The notes under the pieces are model-generated. The model had not been told where the DNA came from and made no database searches. It was given only the letters and a program-made list of their open reading frames with translations. Shown here piece by piece: positions 55,043-56,783 of a DNA stretch of 56,783 nt. The DNA is from an uncultured Bacilli bacterium (GTDB taxonomy: Bacteria; Bacillota_I; Bacilli_A; RF39; UBA660), in NCBI GenBank assembly GCA_947624955.1, contig CANQMM010000002.1, forward strand, positions 1 to 56,783, in the 5' to 3' direction. Within the stretch, counting starts at the first letter, position 1, and each line of letters starts with the position of its first letter. Both the position numbers and the translations under genes were made by a program.

Positions 55043-56506
55043 ATGGAATCTAGTGATAAGCTTTTACTAAAAGACCCCTTTGAAAGATTAAAAGAGGGAG
55101 ATGTCGATTACTTTATCAATTTAAGCGTAGGAGATATATTTATTTTAATAAGAATGCTCAAACAAGTAGACAAAGAAGAAAGAAAAGAAATTATTAAAGG
55201 CTTTATTGATAAAGCTTTGGATATTAAGCCAAAATATTGTTTTGATTTAGTTTTTGATGAAAAAGATTTTCAAGAAGAAACTATTTATTTAATTACTAAT
55301 TATATAGAAAGTGAATATTTAGATGAAGCCTATAAGGGGGATTATATAAATTATTTTAAAGCTTTATTAAGTAAGGAATTTATTGAAGATAATTTAGAGA
55401 AGCTAGAAAAGGTATGTGAGCGTTTATTTACTTTGGTTTTAGGATATATTCTAGATAATTTTAGCGAATGTAATGCTTTAGTGATGCATTTTGCTTGGCA
55501 TCCGAACTTGCATATTAGATCTTTATTTATGAAATTAATTGTTCAGCAATATCCTAATTTGTTAGGAGTCATTTATGAAGATTTATTAAGCGTTCTTGTT
55601 ATTAATGATGGAGATAAAACTATATTGATGGACCAAGATGATATTAGTAATTTAGCAGTGGCAATATTTAATAGTAGTTTAGATAAAAGTCTATGGTGGA
55701 AATTAAGGCAATATATTTTAGATAACTACCCCACTAATTCTTTAGGCGGTTATTTATTAGAAAAATATCCGGCTTATGATGAAGAAGAAGGATATACGGA
55801 TTTAAAAGAAAGACCGGAGGCATTAGAAGAATTTAAAAGAGATGCCGACTTATATTTTTTAACTTCGGCACGTCATAAATATTATATATATCTTGAACAA
55901 AGTGAGAGTTTATCCAATAATGTTTGCCGGAAATTAGAAATTTTATTGAGTCATTATGGAGCTCGATCTTTATACCATCCGGATATAGAAAGAATCTATA
56001 AGTATGGTTTAGGGCAAAAATTAGAGGAGTTAACGGAAAAGTATTTAGATTTAAGTAAAAGTAAAATAACTAGATTTATTGGGTCAGGTACTTGTGCAAG
56101 TTGTTATCAAATTGGGGATTATGCAATTAAGTTAGTATCACAAAAATATTCTCGGGAAGAAACACTGGTTCCTCGGTCTTATCTAATACTTCCTACCTTT
56201 GAAGAAGAATACGTACGCAATGCAAATAACTGTGTACTAGCAGGGATCGAGGTACAAAGACTACTGACAAGATCAGCTATTGGCATACCATCATCAGTTT
56301 TACTTTTCTTTAAAGAAGAATTGCGAAAACAAGGTTATCGTTTAGGAGATACATTAATTAATGGTCAAGCTGGAGATAATTGTATGCTTCTCGATAGTTA
56401 CTTAGATGCCGATTGTGAGGACCCGGAAAGTTTACCAAATACTTTTAAGGAATACCCTTTAGTTTTAATTGACCGTGACCAAGTATATAAACTTTCTTAT
56501 AACTAA
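55043..56506 (+). CDS. uncharacterised helical-domain + kinase-like-domain protein, paralogue 3
   Basis: ATG at 55043 (MESSDKLL) has GGAGG upstream. Motifs GSGTCASCYQIGDYAIKL, GDTLINGQAGDNCMLL and LVLIDRDQVYKL. Confidence 0.7.
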   Translation: MESSDKLLLKDPFERLKEGDVDYFINLSVGDIFILIRMLKQVDKEERKEIIKGFIDKALDIKPKYCFDLVFDEKDFQEETIYLITNYIESEYLDEAYKGDYINYFKALLSKEFIEDNLEKLEKVCERLFTLVLGYILDNFSECNALVMHFAWHPNLHIRSLFMKLIVQQYPNLLGVIYEDLLSVLVINDGDKTILMDQDDISNLAVAIFNSSLDKSLWWKLRQYILDNYPTNSLGGYLLEKYPAYDEEEGYTDLKERPEALEEFKRDADLYFLTSARHKYYIYLEQSESLSNNVCRKLEILLSHYGARSLYHPDIERIYKYGLGQKLEELTEKYLDLSKSKITRFIGSGTCASCYQIGDYAIKLVSQKYSREETLVPRSYLILPTFEEEYVRNANNCVLAGIEVQRLLTRSAIGIPSSVLLFFKEELRKQGYRLGDTLINGQAGDNCMLLDSYLDADCEDPESLPNTFKEYPLVLIDRDQVYKLSYN

Positions 56507-56520
56507 GAAGACAGTAATAT

Positions 56521-56550
56521 AAAAAATACTCCAAAGTAAGGAGTATTTAG
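56521..56550. terminator. hairpin terminator between paralogue 3 and tRNA-Glu
   Basis: AAAAAATACTCC-aaagtaa-GGAGTATTT. The U-run is good on the minus strand (tRNA-Glu) and weaker on the plus strand. Confidence 0.45.
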
Positions 56551-56558
56551 TAACAAAC

Positions 56559-56633
56559 TGGTAGCCTATAAGGGAATTGAACCCTTGTCTTCTCCGTGAG
56601 AGGGAGATGTCTTAACCTCTTGACTAATAGGCC
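56559..56633 (-). tRNA. tRNA-Glu (anticodon CTC) with encoded CCA
   Basis: Hand-folded on the minus strand. Acceptor GGCCTAT/ATAGGCT (G1-U72), D-arm GTCAAGAGGTTAAGAC (Glu-like), anticodon stem TCTCC/GGAGA with loop CTCTCAC, T-arm AAGGG-TTCAATT-CCCTT. Confidence 0.8.
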
Positions 56634-56638
56634 ATAAG

Positions 56639-56660
56639 GTAATGTCTTTAAAGACATTAC
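56639..56660. other. perfect 22-nt palindrome in the tRNA-Glu 5' leader
   Basis: GTAATGTCTTTAAAGACATTAC lies 5 nt upstream of the tRNA and just downstream of the predicted -10. Confidence 0.6.
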
Positions 56661-56662
56661 TA

Positions 56663-56691
56663 ATTCTAACATAAATTATTAGGAGTTGCAA
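56663..56691 (-). promoter_or_regulatory. sigma-A-like promoter for tRNA-Glu
   Basis: Minus strand: TTGCAA, 17 nt spacer, TAGAAT with a TGt extended -10. Confidence 0.45.
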
Positions 56692-56722
56692 TAAATTTAA
56701 ATAATTTTTTAATTTTATACAA

Positions 56723-56757
56723 TACATAATGACCCCAGGTTATTATGTATTTTTTTA
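56723..56757 (+). terminator. hairpin + T-run near the window edge
   Basis: TACATAAT-11 nt-ATTATGTA followed by TTTTTTT. The transcript it serves is unclear because the window ends. Confidence 0.35.
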
Positions 56758-56783
56758 TTATAGGTAGTATAATAACGGGTCAG

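Noticed and set aside
45701-56633. tRNA-His to tRNA-Glu interval as an integrated genomic island
   Set aside because: I saw no integrase, recombinase or excisionase gene and no obvious direct repeat of a tRNA 3' end. It can only be called an accessory-looking region.
1-56783. Possibility of genetic code 4 (Mollicutes-like, TGA = Trp), given the very AT-rich sequence and reduced AddAB
   Set aside because: All long ORFs are intact under code 11, Trp is encoded by TGG, and TGA terminates frames (for example the TGA at 22881-22883). Sporulation-type genes also argue against a mollicute.

Overview
This is a visibly AT-rich chromosomal segment from a low-GC Gram-positive bacterium (Bacillota). It is probably a spore former, because it carries a cotJ-type coat operon and a BclA-like collagen protein. 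All calls below rest on hand reading of the ORF track and the DNA. No homology search was possible, so family names are motif-based recollections.

I support about 50 protein genes (most on the minus strand), 2 tRNAs (His-GUG, Glu-CUC), several intrinsic terminators and several sigma-A-like promoters. I recognised no rRNA, CRISPR array, transposase, integrase or phage genes.

Housekeeping and accessory content, in order along the window:
- trmL, a cotJ(A-B fusion)/cotJC pair, and a P-type Ca-ATPase.
- A MacB-like ABC fusion, followed by a sortase B locus.
- A glycosyltransferase plus a collagen-like protein.
- A long minus-strand gene string: SDR, YnbB, DUF2229, VanZ/RDD, DUF1292 and a Lys/Pro-rich protein.
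- A MATE-kinase fusion, a GDPD, a UvrD-like helicase, a DD-carboxypeptidase, a phosphoketolase and a compact AddAB.
- An MMPL transporter with a divergent TetR regulator.

Most interesting observations:
1. Three tandem, diverged paralogues (52.1-56.5 kb) pair a helical N-domain with a compact C-domain. That C-domain carries protein-kinase-like motifs and a CxxC inside the glycine loop. I cannot name a family for it.
2. A duplicated ~200-bp module at 25.0-25.5 kb looks like a type I toxin-antitoxin pair. One copy is intact and one is decayed. Each has a 27-aa hydrophobic peptide ORF and a convergent promoter-plus-terminator-defined antisense sRNA.
3. A class B sortase carries a ~270-aa cytoplasmic N-terminal extension. 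It sits next to a TPDTG-anchored surface protein and a 1241-aa orphan protein.
4. A DUF2229-like gene has no canonical start codon. It has an ATT preceded by a strong SD, and it lies in a 1.6-kb stretch whose coding strand is extremely G-depleted. The neighbouring 238-aa ORF contains no glycine.
5. A collagen-like protein has a CCCC motif abutting its Gly-X-Y tract.
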